From the NCBI GenBank assembly GCA_951406725.2, contig OX597830.1, positions 65,286,001 to 65,350,000 on the forward strand: a DNA stretch of 64,000 nucleotides, given 5' to 3'. This DNA is from Octopus vulgaris (Eukaryota). This document shows positions 26,357-39,916 of the stretch, piece after piece; the stretch's first letter is position 1; each line of letters opens with the position of its first letter. Below the pieces are notes generated by a model. The model searched no databases, was not told the DNA's origin, and was given only the letters and a program-made list of their open reading frames with translations. The translations under genes and the position numbers were made by a program.

Positions 26357-28319
26357 CTGTGAAATAAATTAAGAAAAATGAAACATATTTTGGGAAAAAA
26401 ATAGAATACATAGAAATGTAAGAATAGAATCATGTCATAAATCTAGCAGTTCTATGATCAACGGGATTCCAACGGTTAACATCCCATAATATTAAAGGCG
26501 TTTGGGATTTATATTATCTAACGTCTTCGCTTGTTGTCATTGTCGCCATCTTCCTCTTCGTTGTTGATATTGTTCTGGATGGTAGGATATGATTTTAGAG
26601 ATATTTTGGCTGTTATTTCAAATCTCGTTCAACTTTGTAGGATAGGTTTCATAGTCCTTACGTATAGCGTAAAAGAGTTTCGGAAAAATTCTCCTTACTT
26701 ATACTGACTATAAAGTCATTAAGAACATCAATCAGTTACTTTTTCATTAGGTTAAAGCGCAGTTTACCGTCATGAAAAAGTGAAAGTAAATTGTTCTTAA
26801 AGAATGAAAGTATGGTAATATACAAACTGGAAGTGACAACAGTGACATCCGTAATTTCATGTAAATACCGTATGTGACATAACCAGTGTATCCGATAGAT
26901 AAACGCACATTTATTTAATATTACATGAAAAACGTACATATATTTAATATAAGATGACAAAAAAATCACATTTACAGGAAAGCATAGAAGTCATTGATGC
27001 ATGAAATGAAATTCGCGAATAGTTTTTCACGATCTTTAAATCTGCTTCGCCACTCATACTAACGGAGATATGATAGCAATAAATCATTGCTAGTCCCATA
27101 TTGTTGCCTAAGTCTTTTGTTGACGAGCACCCATCGCCCTTGTATAGTTGTATGTAAGTTATCAATCTTGTGAGTATAGAAGTTACTGAGGCCCACATAA
27201 AAAGCCCACCCGTTGGTTATCGAACGCGTTCTATGAAATTTTGGTTAATCTCTATTGTCTCTTCTGATATCTAATGCAATTTATTTTCCCTGTTTTATAA
27301 CAGTTAGCTGCTTATTAACCTTTCATTCATTACAGATTCGTTTTTTTTTCTTTTTGTTTATATGTATCGTACTACTTATATAGAAAGCGACGAAACTATA
27401 ATGCAAAGGGATTAAATCAGGCGTGCATAACACAAATAACTCAAAGCTCGTCAGTTCCCACGAGGCCACTCGCCTTCACCCATTTCTGACAATAAAAAAA
27501 TCTGAATTGAATTGAAAATTGAAACGACAGATTGCTTGACGGATATGCCAAGTCAACCATTATAAAAACAGCGAACAAGCTAGGAAATATACTTCAAATA
27601 TTCACCTTAATTCCGTAGTCTCTGGTATCCTTCAAAGTAAACCGTTTTCCGTACCCTCCATCACCGATGAAAAGAACAGTTTTACCTTTCACCAGAAAAC
27701 GTTCGGATCTTGAAATCATGGTATTCACCAGTTCTTTGGCAGCTTCTCCAATTTTATCTTTGTTGATGAATTCGTTAATTTGGCAGTTTATCATGCAATC
27801 GTGTCCATTTACTTCAATTAACACGGGTTCGAATTTTGACTGATTTTTCCGCACTAAAAAGTCAAGTCCTGAAATTCAGAGTAGAGATAGTAAACTAAGC
27901 GGTGAGATTAATACAGGTATATATGAAAAGGAGTGTATATATATATATCTAACATCAAAATAAGCAACAAGGATATCCAGAGGTAATGCAGTACGATCGT
28001 TTCAAGCAACTCCATTTAATTGAACAATGCAATCATTACAACAATTTAAATGCAGAGCAATCCTCAGCTGCATAAAGACATAGAATTTAATTAAATTAAA
28101 ATAGATGGACACATTAGTATATCTATCATTATTTAAGTCTCTGTTTCTTTATTCCTTACACCACTGTAGAATTTTAACCGAAGACCGCCAGTTCAATCAA
28201 ACTGCTATGAACAGCGATTTTAGCTCTGCATTAGTAACTATTATAGTGCGACTGATAGCGGAAATTACAATAAAATTTGAAGTTAAATTGTTTTTTCTGT
28301 AATACTTGGGATGCAAACA

Positions 28320-28372
<53 letters not shown>

Positions 28373-28641
28373 GAAATAAGGTACTCAGAAATCTGGATGG
28401 TTTTATATTTACAGATTTTTATTAGTAAGTCACATGTTTTTATAAGTCATATATTAGCGCTTGCGTCTACTCTAGTAGACTCTCAAATCTGGAGAGTCTA
28501 CTAGAGTAGATGCAAGCGCTAATATATGACTTATAAAAACATGTGACTTACTAATAAAAATCTGTAAATATAAAACCATCCAGATTTCTGAGTACCTTAT
28601 TTCTTCTAATATATAATACCTGCACATCACCTCCAAACCTC

Positions 28642-28706
<65 letters not shown>

Positions 28707-31420
28707 GAGGTAATTTCATGCCTCATTCACTATTATAATGCGGTTACAATGACAGGATACGAAACTATCAATCACTCTCTTAGCCTGCTGCATTTTCTAT
28801 TCGGCTTCAAATAGCAAAATTTTTGACAAAATAAAATTCCACAATAAAACAAATCAGTCTACAATGTTTTATACTTTACCAATTATATCTGTCTGAGCAC
28901 CAATTCCACCGCGTTCATCTTCGTTAAGTGACTCATCAAAGGACATGATAGCTTTCAGAGTTCGTTCAGACATGCAGATTAATTTGTTCTTGATGTCTTT
29001 TATATTTTCTTCTGAGACATGCCAAGTTTTGAGAGATGCTTCCAATGACTGTGGGATAGTGTTGTCTCCGTTGATTGGCTTACACGACTTTGCAACGCCA
29101 CAGACAGTCTGAAAATAATGAGAAGGTTTAATTTACGAAGAAAAGGGATAAGTGGTAGTGGTGGTTGGAGTAGGAGTTTGTATCTTACCGCCAACCACCA
29201 CTGTTACGGGTTTGCACGATGAGATCAGTGATAATCTGATTGTGCACACTTGTAGTTGGAGGTACTCCAGCCAGGACCAACCCTCGCGTAAACATATATA
29301 CAAGAATGTATAATCACACAGGCACACCACTTTCATCTTTCTCTCACACATACATATGCACACACAAATACATACATATACATGTGTGTATGTGTAGGTA
29401 GGTAGGTATATATGTACACTTACATATATGGGAAGCACTCCGTCGGTTACGACGACGAGGGTTCCGGTTGATCCGATCAACGGAACAGCCTGCTCGTGAA
29501 ATTAACGTGTAAGTGGCTGAGCACTCCACAGACACGTGTACCCTTAACGTAGTTCTCGGGGATATCCAGCGTGACACAGAGAGTGACAAGGCCGGCCCTT
29601 TGAAATACAGGTACAACAGAAACAGGAAGTAAGAGTGAGAGAAAGTTGTGATGAAAGAGTACAGCAGGGATCACCACCATCCCTGCAGGAGCCTCGTGGA
29701 GCTTTAGGTGTTTTCGCTCAATAAACACTCACAACGCCCCGTCTGGGAATCGAAATCGCGATCTTACGACCGCGAGTCCGCTGCCCTAACCACTGGGCCA
29801 TTGCGCCTCCACACTTACATATATATCTACCTACGAGCTGGCAGAATCGTTAGCACTCCGGGCGAAATGCTTAGCGGTATTAAGCCTGTCGCTACGTTCA
29901 GTGTTCAAATTCCGCCGAGGTCGACTTTGCCTTTCATCCTTTCGGGGTCGATAAATTAAGTACCAGTTACGCACTGGGGTCGATATAATCGACTTAATCC
30001 GTTTGACTGTCCTTGTTTGTCCCCTCTGTGTTTAGCCCCTTGTGGGTAGTAAAGAAATAGGTATATATGTATACTTACCTACCTATCTGGCATACATACT
30101 TACATATGTATACAAAAATATATACATTCACAGACGTACACAAACGTACACATACCAACAAAAAGAAACAAGCACATATACACATATGCACAAACTCACA
30201 CACGCATATTATATACATGTGTGTGTGTGTCTGTGTATACATCACACACTCACACGTAAATAAACACATCAGATGTATAATCCCGAATATGCATTTTCTT
30301 TAAACAAACGATTGTGTATGATTTGAGTAAGTCTTAGTTTCCATATCTAGTAAACCAAACCACCATGTAGAGGTTCCCTTGTTGGTTTAATATTATTGGT
30401 TAGCGAGATTAGTTAAAAAATAGAATAAATAAGAAGACTGCTTATTAGCTTATTAGATCCCTTTGTTGTTTTAATGTTTTGTGGACAACTTGTTTTACAT
30501 ACATGAGGATTCATCATGTATAGATATTAGTATGGATCGGATACTGTTGTGATGTGTTGCAAATGATGTAAAGTCAAACAAACTAACCTTTGACACGTGT
30601 GGAAGGTCATCTGATGTTCGACATACTGTTGTTCTAACACGAAAGTTGTAATCTGTTTCATAATAATAAAAAAAATGAAAAATTAGCAAAATGAAATAAT
30701 ACTATTGCCTTGGGTGGCGGGGAGGGAAATAATCGAATATATTGATTTATAACACAGGCAGAAGGCCACAGATTTGTAGTGAGTTGGAGAATAATCCACA
30801 ATTTGATTTTTAACATACGCGCATGGTCAGAAATTTGGAGGAAGTAGATGGTCGGTGAAAATCCCTCAAGTATGTATTTTATCGACCCCCCGGAAGAATC
30901 ACGTCCAGTAAGAGACTCTGGACGTCGACAGCAATTAACTGGTTGGTCTGTTCCAGAAGATTTTTGGTCTGGAGCCTAGGGATGACTTCCAGGAATCCAT
31001 GTCCAAGCAATGCTACCAGGCGCATTGCCAGTTCAGGATAAACTCTACATGCATGGTAGCGCTATCAGCTGGACCTGCCTGAGATGTGTGTTGACTGAGG
31101 AAACCATCTGCGCATGCTCGCACAGTACTCCTGGAATTTCTAGCTTCTGGAGTTATGCCAAACAGCCTTTATCACGTGTCGGACGGATCCAGCTATCGGT
31201 TCAATTTCATTATTATAATCTTAAGACGGCAATTTGCCCGAATTATTAACCCGCCGGATAAAATGCTTAGCGGCATTCCGTCTGTCTTTGCATTCAGAAT
31301 ACAAATTCTGTCCAGGTCGACTTTGCTTTTATCCTTTCGGGGTCAATGATACCAGTTGAGCACTGAGATCAATATAATCGACTAGCCCCCTTCAACAAAA
31401 TTTCAGACCTTACGCAGAGA

Positions 31421-31453
<33 letters not shown>

Positions 31454-32820
31454 GAGTGTGAGAACAGTGCATGCCATCAAATTGACACTGGGATAAAATA
31501 TACGAAGCTTGGTATACCCATCTGATAAGGGTGTACGCGACATGGTATTTCATATCAAGATAAACAGCGGATGACCTTGCAAATGTAGCCCAATTAGAAT
31601 TTTCTTCAGGTTGAGTAGCCCATCCCGCTCAAAAGGTCCTTGAATAAGGGTTGCCTAAAGATATTTAACAAAGCACCCATGTTGCCAGAGGTGAATTATC
31701 CAAAACCCCTAAAATTCCTCTCAACACATGTCTATGGTGCTCCTTCACTACTTCTGCTCGTGATCAGAGATGCACATATCGTCAGCCACCAAGGGACATG
31801 CTCAACTGGTTATGGTCAAACAACTGACAAGCAAATACGTGGTATTGAGCCGAATATTTGTTGTAGCCCATCTTTTATACAAAGACAAAACAATGTACAT
31901 GATAACACTTCCAGTCGGTTAAGATCAGAAGCCATGAAAGCCACTGTCTGGTACGGTATCCTTATTATCATTATTATTATTATTTGGTGCTTGGCACCTA
32001 GAATGTTGTCAGGAGTTCACATTCCTCTAGCAGTCGGGCAATGAGATCGGTGACGGTCCCGCTTTAGAAACTTAGAGGGGATTAATGGCGGGAAAGTGCG
32101 AGGACGTTCTCAGAGAGACTCTGGGCACCGATGAGAACGACTGGCTAGTCTGTTCCGGAAGACTTTCCGGTCGGGAACTAACATGGGTAATTTCCAGATG
32201 TCCTTGGCCTGGCAGTGCTACCGGAGGACGCTACCGGTTCGAGATAGACTCCACAGGCACGGATGTGCTGTCAGACGAGCTTGTCCGAGGTGCGCGCAGT
32301 GATGAAACCGTTCTGCACGCCCTTGTTCAGTGCTGTTACATTGAATATTGTAGTCCTAGAAATGCATTCTTCAGGGAACCAAAACGTGACGAGCATCACA
32401 AGTGGAAACACATTAATCCTAGATCTGCCCAGTCCGGACGACATGAGACAAGACATCGAACATAAACAACTGCTGAGATTGTATTATAAATGATATTAGA
32501 CAAAAGTATTGAGCTCACCTTCAGTGACAGGTAAATTGTCAATGCATTCTTCTAAAATTACTGCATCACCTTCTTCTAATCTATGGTAAACTGAAACTGC
32601 TGTTTCCACTAATTCTTCCAAAATGGGTTTATTGAAAGACACCAGTTTGCTTCCAAACCATGAAGGGCCGGAGGGTTTTATAACAAGCTGGAATGAGAAG
32701 AAATGGAGAAAAGAAAAAGAATGTCTTAATATATTTTTACTTTTCGTAAATTAAGTACCAACCAAGTGTCAATTTCTGGGGGAAGGTACATAATTAATAA
32801 TAATAATAATAATAATAATG

Positions 32821-32902
<82 letters not shown>

Positions 32903-34243
32903 TGATGATGATGATGGGGTTTTTTTATGGATAAGTCAATAACAAAGACAACAGTGTTCAACTCGTACTTATTTTATCGACATGGAAGAGATGAAAGGCA
33001 CAGTCGACCTGGGCGGAATTTTGAATTCCGAACGTAAAGACGGACGAAATGCCGCGAAGAATTTTGCCCGGCGCGGTAACGATTCGGAAAAATAGATGCA
33101 GGCGTGGCCGTGTAATAAGAAACTTGCTGTCCATCCACAGGTTTCAAGTTCCGTAAATTCAGAAACAATAAACTGTGACAAACATCATGAAGGAAGAATT
33201 TTTACAGGAAGAAGTAATTAACATAACATACGCAATCAGATGAAACCATAACAGCTAATCCATTACAAACGGAAACGAACAGGATATCACATCCTTGTGT
33301 GAATTACTCTATGCTGCTGCTACAGTTGTAACAAAAAGTGAGGCGTAAAAATGAAAAATAGAGTGGCAAATGCTCACGAAAGACCAGCATGTCTAGAAAA
33401 AAAATCAAGTAACAAATCGATGGTCTTGGATCTGGTATAAAATAATCCTTTCTACTATAGGTACAAGGTCTGAAATTTTGGTGGGGCGGGGACTGGTCGA
33501 TTACATCTATCCCAGTATATGACTGGCACTCTTTTCATCGGCCCCGAGAGGGTGAAAGGCAAACTTGACCTCGACGGAATTTGAACTCAGAACGTCAAGG
33601 CGGACGAAATGCCAATAAGCATTCCTCCCTGAGTTCTAACGATTCTGCTTTCTTTATTGCTCACAAGGGGCTAAACATAGAGGGGACAAACAAGGACAGA
33701 CAAAGGGATTAAGTCGATTACATCGACCCCAGTGCGTAACTGGTACTTAATTTATCGACCCCGAAAGGATGAAAGGCAAAGTCGACCTCGGCGGAATTTG
33801 AACTCAGAACGTAACGGCAAACGAAATACGGCTACGCATTTCGCCCGGCGTGCTAACGATTCTGCCAGCTCAACGCCTCATAGAAATAATGAAAGGCTTG
33901 AGCAGAAATCATAATATAAAACCATCTAAGAAGAGAAAGATAATGAGAAAGTATAAATTAAAGTGAGATCACTATTTTGCTGAAGTAGTGGAGAAGATAA
34001 AACAAAAAAAGAGAGGCCAAAGCTGCGCGCATAAGCTGCCTCGAGAAACGATTCAAGTTATTCAAAGATAACAGCATGTTCAAAAATAACCTACATTCGG
34101 CCATTTAGCCTTGATCTGTGGTACTGAGCAGAATATTTGCTGTAGTCCATCTTTTATACCAAGACAAAACAATGTACATAATAACACTTCCAGTCAGTTA
34201 AGATCAGCAGCCATGAGAGCCACTGCCTGGTACTGCGTCAGGG

Positions 34244-34278
<35 letters not shown>

Positions 34279-35266
34279 GTTATTATTATTATTTCACTGC
34301 ACTACCGAGCACATCTCTGTGTACTTTCGTTATGTGCCGTGGTTTGTTGCAGTGCTCTTATCTTCGCTGTATTGAAAGTGCTTTACGTAGGATGTGTGCA
34401 GTACCTAGTAGTGCTATTTTCTTGTATGTTATATACATTCGTAAGTCCTGATATTTTCGTTATGTATTTGTCTGAATGTCTTTTAATCATACCTTATGCA
34501 CCTATTTTTATAGGGATTGTTATTATTTTTAGGCTCCACGGTTTTATTATTATTATTATTAGGCCGCCAGTTAGCTTAAATACAAAAATATGCAAATGAA
34601 CTTCAGAACGCCATGCATATATGCTTATTACGTTTACACTTACCTTACTAAAACTGTGGGTGGCTAAAAACGTTTCGATTTTATCCTTGAAGGTCAACTG
34701 CAGTTGTTTGTCGGAAATGTTTTCTGGTATGACTTGGACAGTGATCTGTAGCCCTCTCGTACCCAATACGACGTTAGAATGTTTTATAAACGCCAGTGTG
34801 GTTGGATAAGGGACGCCAGCCTGGGCAGCCAATGTTCGAGTCAACAGTTTGTTATCGGTATAACTCAACAGCTTCAATGAACTGCTCATAGGACAGTCCA
34901 AGTTTTGTTCAAGGTGTTCGCCTTCCGTCTGTGCATTTCCAGTGCAGTTGGCCGTGAAGAAATTGACAAAGTAAGTCACACGACGTGGCGGTTGATACAT
35001 TTCTAGACAAGTGTGGCCTCCTGTTGGGAAAGAAGAAGTGAAAATGAATGAGTGATGTTCTTTGCAAGGTATAGTCAAGCCTTTAGGAAGTTTTCTATGG
35101 CAATTGCGGGGCCCTGGAGTCCGATCCCACCAAGTGATTTTCTGCATAACTGTTTTGCATCAGCACAAACCATCAGCGTAGACGGAAACTGGGTGGAAGC
35201 TCGTCAAATGAACTATGCTTATAAGTAATAAAGTCATCCTCAGTGCAACATGATATATATATATAT

Positions 35267-35335
<69 letters not shown>

Positions 35336-35531
35336 GAGGTGCAATGGCCCAGTGGTTAAGGCGGTCGTAGGATCGCGGTTTCGATTCCAAGACCGGGTGT
35401 TGTGAGCGAAAACACCTAAAGCTCCACGAGGCTCCGGCAGGGATGTGTGGCGATCCCTGCTGTACTCTTTCGCTACAACTCTTTCGGTCACGTGATCACG
35501 TGATATTTATATATGAGAATGAAGAGCACAC

Positions 35532-35587
<56 letters not shown>

Positions 35588-38500
35588 GTAGTTGTTGTTG
35601 TAGGCATCCGTAGGTCTCGCGAGAGTGTGGATTTGCGCCCGAAGAAATCGTGTCAGCTGCTGATGGTAGTGCAGCTTCCGTTGTGGCTGTGCAGGCCCAC
35701 ATGGCAATCACGCACTCGGCGACTGCATTTGAAGGAGCTCTTTGCCGGCGCTACTGATTTTTCCTTTCGTTGAGTGCGCTTTTTTTTTTATGGCGACTTC
35801 CTGTTTTCCTTCCGCTTTCTTTATATATAATTTATCAGAAAGCTCATTAAACAAGAAGCAAATTTATGTTTAGAGCAATAATATAAACGAATAAAGTCAC
35901 GTCATTCATATTAACTCAAATATATATTTTTATTTAATATAGGCGCAGGAGTGGCTGTGTGGTAAGTAGCTTGCTTCTCAACCACATGGTTCCGGGTTCA
36001 GTCCCACTGTGTGAAATCTGGGGCAAGTGTCTTCTGCTATAGCCCCGGGCCGACCAATGCCTTGTGAGTGGATTAGGTAGGCAGAAACTTAAAGAAGCCC
36101 GTCGTATATGTATATATATGTATATATATATATATGTGTGTGTATTTGTGTGTCTGTGTTTGTCCTCCTAGCATTGCTTGACAACCGATGCTGGTGTGTT
36201 TACATCCCCGTCACTTAGCGGTTCGGCAAAAAGAGACCGATAGTATAAGTACTGGGCTTATAAAGAATAAGTCCCGGGGTCGATTTGCTCGACTAAAGGC
36301 GGTGCTCCAGCATGGCCGCAGTCAAATGACTGAAACAAGTAAAAGATAAAAGATAGAAAAGATAATGATATTTCTTTACTACCTACAAGGGGCTAAACAC
36401 AGAGGGGACAGACAAAGGGATTAAGTCAATTGCATCGACCCCAGTGCGTAACTGGTACTTAATTCATCGACCTGAAAGGATGAAAGGCAAAGTCGACCTC
36501 GGCGGAATTTGCACTCGGAACGTAACAACAGACGAAATATGGCTACGCATTTCACCCGGCGTGCTAACGTTTCTGCCAGCTCGCCGCCTTATTTTTATTT
36601 AATATATTTCCTCTGAGTACACGCTTGTGTTTCTACTAATCGCAGCAGTAACATAATTAGTGTGGCGATGCATTAGTGGACAACAACGAGAAAGCCTTGA
36701 CAATAAGTTACTTCGTATGTATAAAACCGATGAACTATGGCGATTAACACAGAAAACAACTTTACAAGAAGAGCGTTACGAATCGAAATTAGATATTAAA
36801 AATAAGTATATAAAAAATTTAAATTAACTTACAGAAATGAGAATTATAGTCATGTTATTAATATTAGTTTCAAATTTTTACATAAGACCAGTAATTTCGG
36901 GATTGGGGTTAAGTCGATTACATCGACCCCAGAATTCATCTGATACTTATTTAATTAATCCCTAAAGGATGAATGGCAAAGTTGACCCCGTCGGTATTTG
37001 AACTGAGAATATTAAGTCGGAAGAACTGCTGTTAAGCATTCTGCCAATTCATCGCCTTAGTAATATGAGTAATATTAGAAATGAGTATGCAAGGCGACTA
37101 GCGGACAGCATCATTAACACGCCGGACAAAATGCTTAGCGGCATTTCGTCCGTCTTTGCGCTCTAATTTCAAATTCCGCCGAGGTCGACTTTGCTTTTCA
37201 TCCTTTCGGAGTCGATAAAAATAAGTAGGAGTTAAGCACTGGAAGCGATACAATCGACTTATCCCCTCCCGTGAAATTACTGGCCCTGTGCCAGCATTTG
37301 AAATCATTATTAGAAATGGTCATAAGGTGGTGAGCTAGCAGAATCGTTAGCACGCCGTGCGAAATGCCGAGCGCCATTTCGCCCGTCTTTGCGCTCTGAG
37401 TTCAAATTCCGCTGAGGTCGACTTAGCCTTTCATCCCTTCGGAGCGGATAAAAATAAGCATCAGTTGAAAACTGGGGTCGATGTAATTGACTTACCTCTC
37501 CCCAAAATTATTGGCTTTGAGTGACAAAACTTGAAACCAAAATAAGAAATGATCGTCTCAGGAATATAACGAAAATATCTTTTTATCGTAAAGTATCGTT
37601 GCAGGGAACTCGATAGACATGAAATGAATCTATGTTTTGAGCAATAATATAACAGTTTCAAATTTTGGCACAATGCCTGCAATTGTAGGGAGCGAAAATT
37701 AATCGATTACTCTCACCCCAGTACTCAAATGGTACTTATTTTATTGATCTCGAAACAGAACGCAAGGTGCTGGAAGAATGCCGTTAAGCATTTTGTTCGA
37801 CGCGCTAGGGTTTCCGCAAGCTCGCTACCTTCAAAGCAATAATGTAATGAAATGAAATTATGGCTAACACAAAAGAACACTATAAAATAAAAGTATGTAA
37901 TAAGTAAATAAGTGTGAGAGACTAGCGTCCTAGCCAAGTGACAAGGTGCCTCACATTTTCTTGATCCTATAGAAACAGGAGTAAAATACCAACACCGTGG
38001 ATAATACAGTTCAATGGGGAGAGAATTAAGGAAACGAGATCAGAAATCGAGATTAGTAGGTTAAACAACTTACCTTTATAGAAAGCTATGGCCTTGTTGA
38101 CGTACAAAGAGAATTTGGAACTTTGTGTAGAAGATGGTTCCTTGCTAAGCCAGGAATCTGAAAGAACCAGAAGCATATTTCCTGGACATTGTTCGCCTCC
38201 TTCTAACAAAACACTCAGACATTCAACAGGAGATGATAAAACGGTGATTGAAACCTGTTGATGGGAGAAAGTCTTAACTTTGGATGTTTTGTCCTGCGTC
38301 TCTGGAAAACCAGTTTCGAATAATGAATGTTGCAATGCTTTGTAATATTGTCGAGGAATTTCTTCATTAATTCTTGATAAAATTTCAGGAACTTCCCAAG
38401 ACTCGTAATTCCACAACGGACATGTATACTCATCAAAACCTTCTGCATCTTCCTAAAACAAGAATCGAATAACAGAAAATAAATGGAAAATATAATTAAT

Positions 38501-39871
38501 TTCTCTCCTTTTCTAAACAAAACTAACCAACGATCGAACCTCTATATAATTGTTTCTCACCTGTTTTGATTTGTGGTACACTGAAAATAACAAAATTACT
38601 GGCATTCTTCGTATGGAAAGTTAAAAAGAAAAACAACTTTGTTTTAAAGTTGGAAATTTAGAAAAAAAATTAAGAAAAACTATTGTTTATCTTAATTTAC
38701 TAAACGTATTTGCAACAACATTTTTCAAAATGATCAAGCATTAGTATGGACTTTCTAAAGTCTTAAAGTTATATCCTGAGGATTTCGTTACGCCATTAGA
38801 TAACCCCTTCAGACCATCACCACTGCGCATCTTTCTATGTTGTGGTTCAACTTGCTAAAGATAGTAACCTAGTCTTTCTCAAACCACAACCTACCACCTA
38901 AGAAAATACTGCAATCCTAGACGCAATATTTATTGAAAAAACAAAGGAACATGGGGGCGGTCACATCTGGAAGGTCTTTCGTCACAGGTCAAGCCGACCA
39001 GAGTTGATGAAAGGTTACAAACCAACAAACTTTCATACAAATTTTAGAAAACGTCAATGTAACAATGTGGTATCTGTACATTTCTCAAGGGCACTAGCAA
39101 AGTTTATTTGCATCAACACGGAATCGAAACCGACCACATAGAATCAAACTTGACACCATAGGAAAGATAGAGATAAAAAGATAGTCAGAGAGAGAGAGAG
39201 GGAGAGAGGGAGAGAGAGAGGCTGGAGGAAAGAGAATATGTAACAAAGACAGAAGACGGACCGATTAACAAATGTTTCACGATTAGCGATGATTGAGGTT
39301 GCATCAGTTTTTCCATTTTTTTTTTAACAATGGCCGATGTGAAAACATAAAGAATAACAGGAGTGGCCGGGAAAAATAAATTGCACCTCTAAGAAGTAAG
39401 GGTTGTTGTATAACGGGTAAATGAGAGGCGGTGGGTCTGAATGGACCATTTGGAAATCAAATGTCTTAACTATAAACGTCAAGCAGTTGGTGGGACACAA
39501 CCTAAGCATCCATCTCTTTAGTTTTTTTTAATTATCTTTAACTTGTTTCAGTCACCGGGTTGCGGCCATGCTGGGGTACCGACTTGAACGATTTAGTCAA
39601 ACAAACCAGCCTCAGTACATATTTGTATTGGTACTTATTACTTATTCTATGGGTCAATTTTGTGAAATTTCCAAGTAACTGGGACATAAACAAACCAACA
39701 CGTGTCGTCAAGCGGTGGGAGTGGGTTGACAGATACAAACACATATACACACATACACCATATACACATATATGACGAGCTTCCACGCAGTTTCCGTCTA
39801 ACAAATTCACTCATAATAGATAATCTGTACCACATGACAGAAATAAAAGTGTTGATATAGATATTACAAAC

Positions 39872-39916
<45 letters not shown>

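Noticed and set aside
34494-35147. Stand-alone 217-aa gene
   Set aside because: Only 34644-35020 is exonic (CARNS1-like exon 3); the flanks are intronic read-through.
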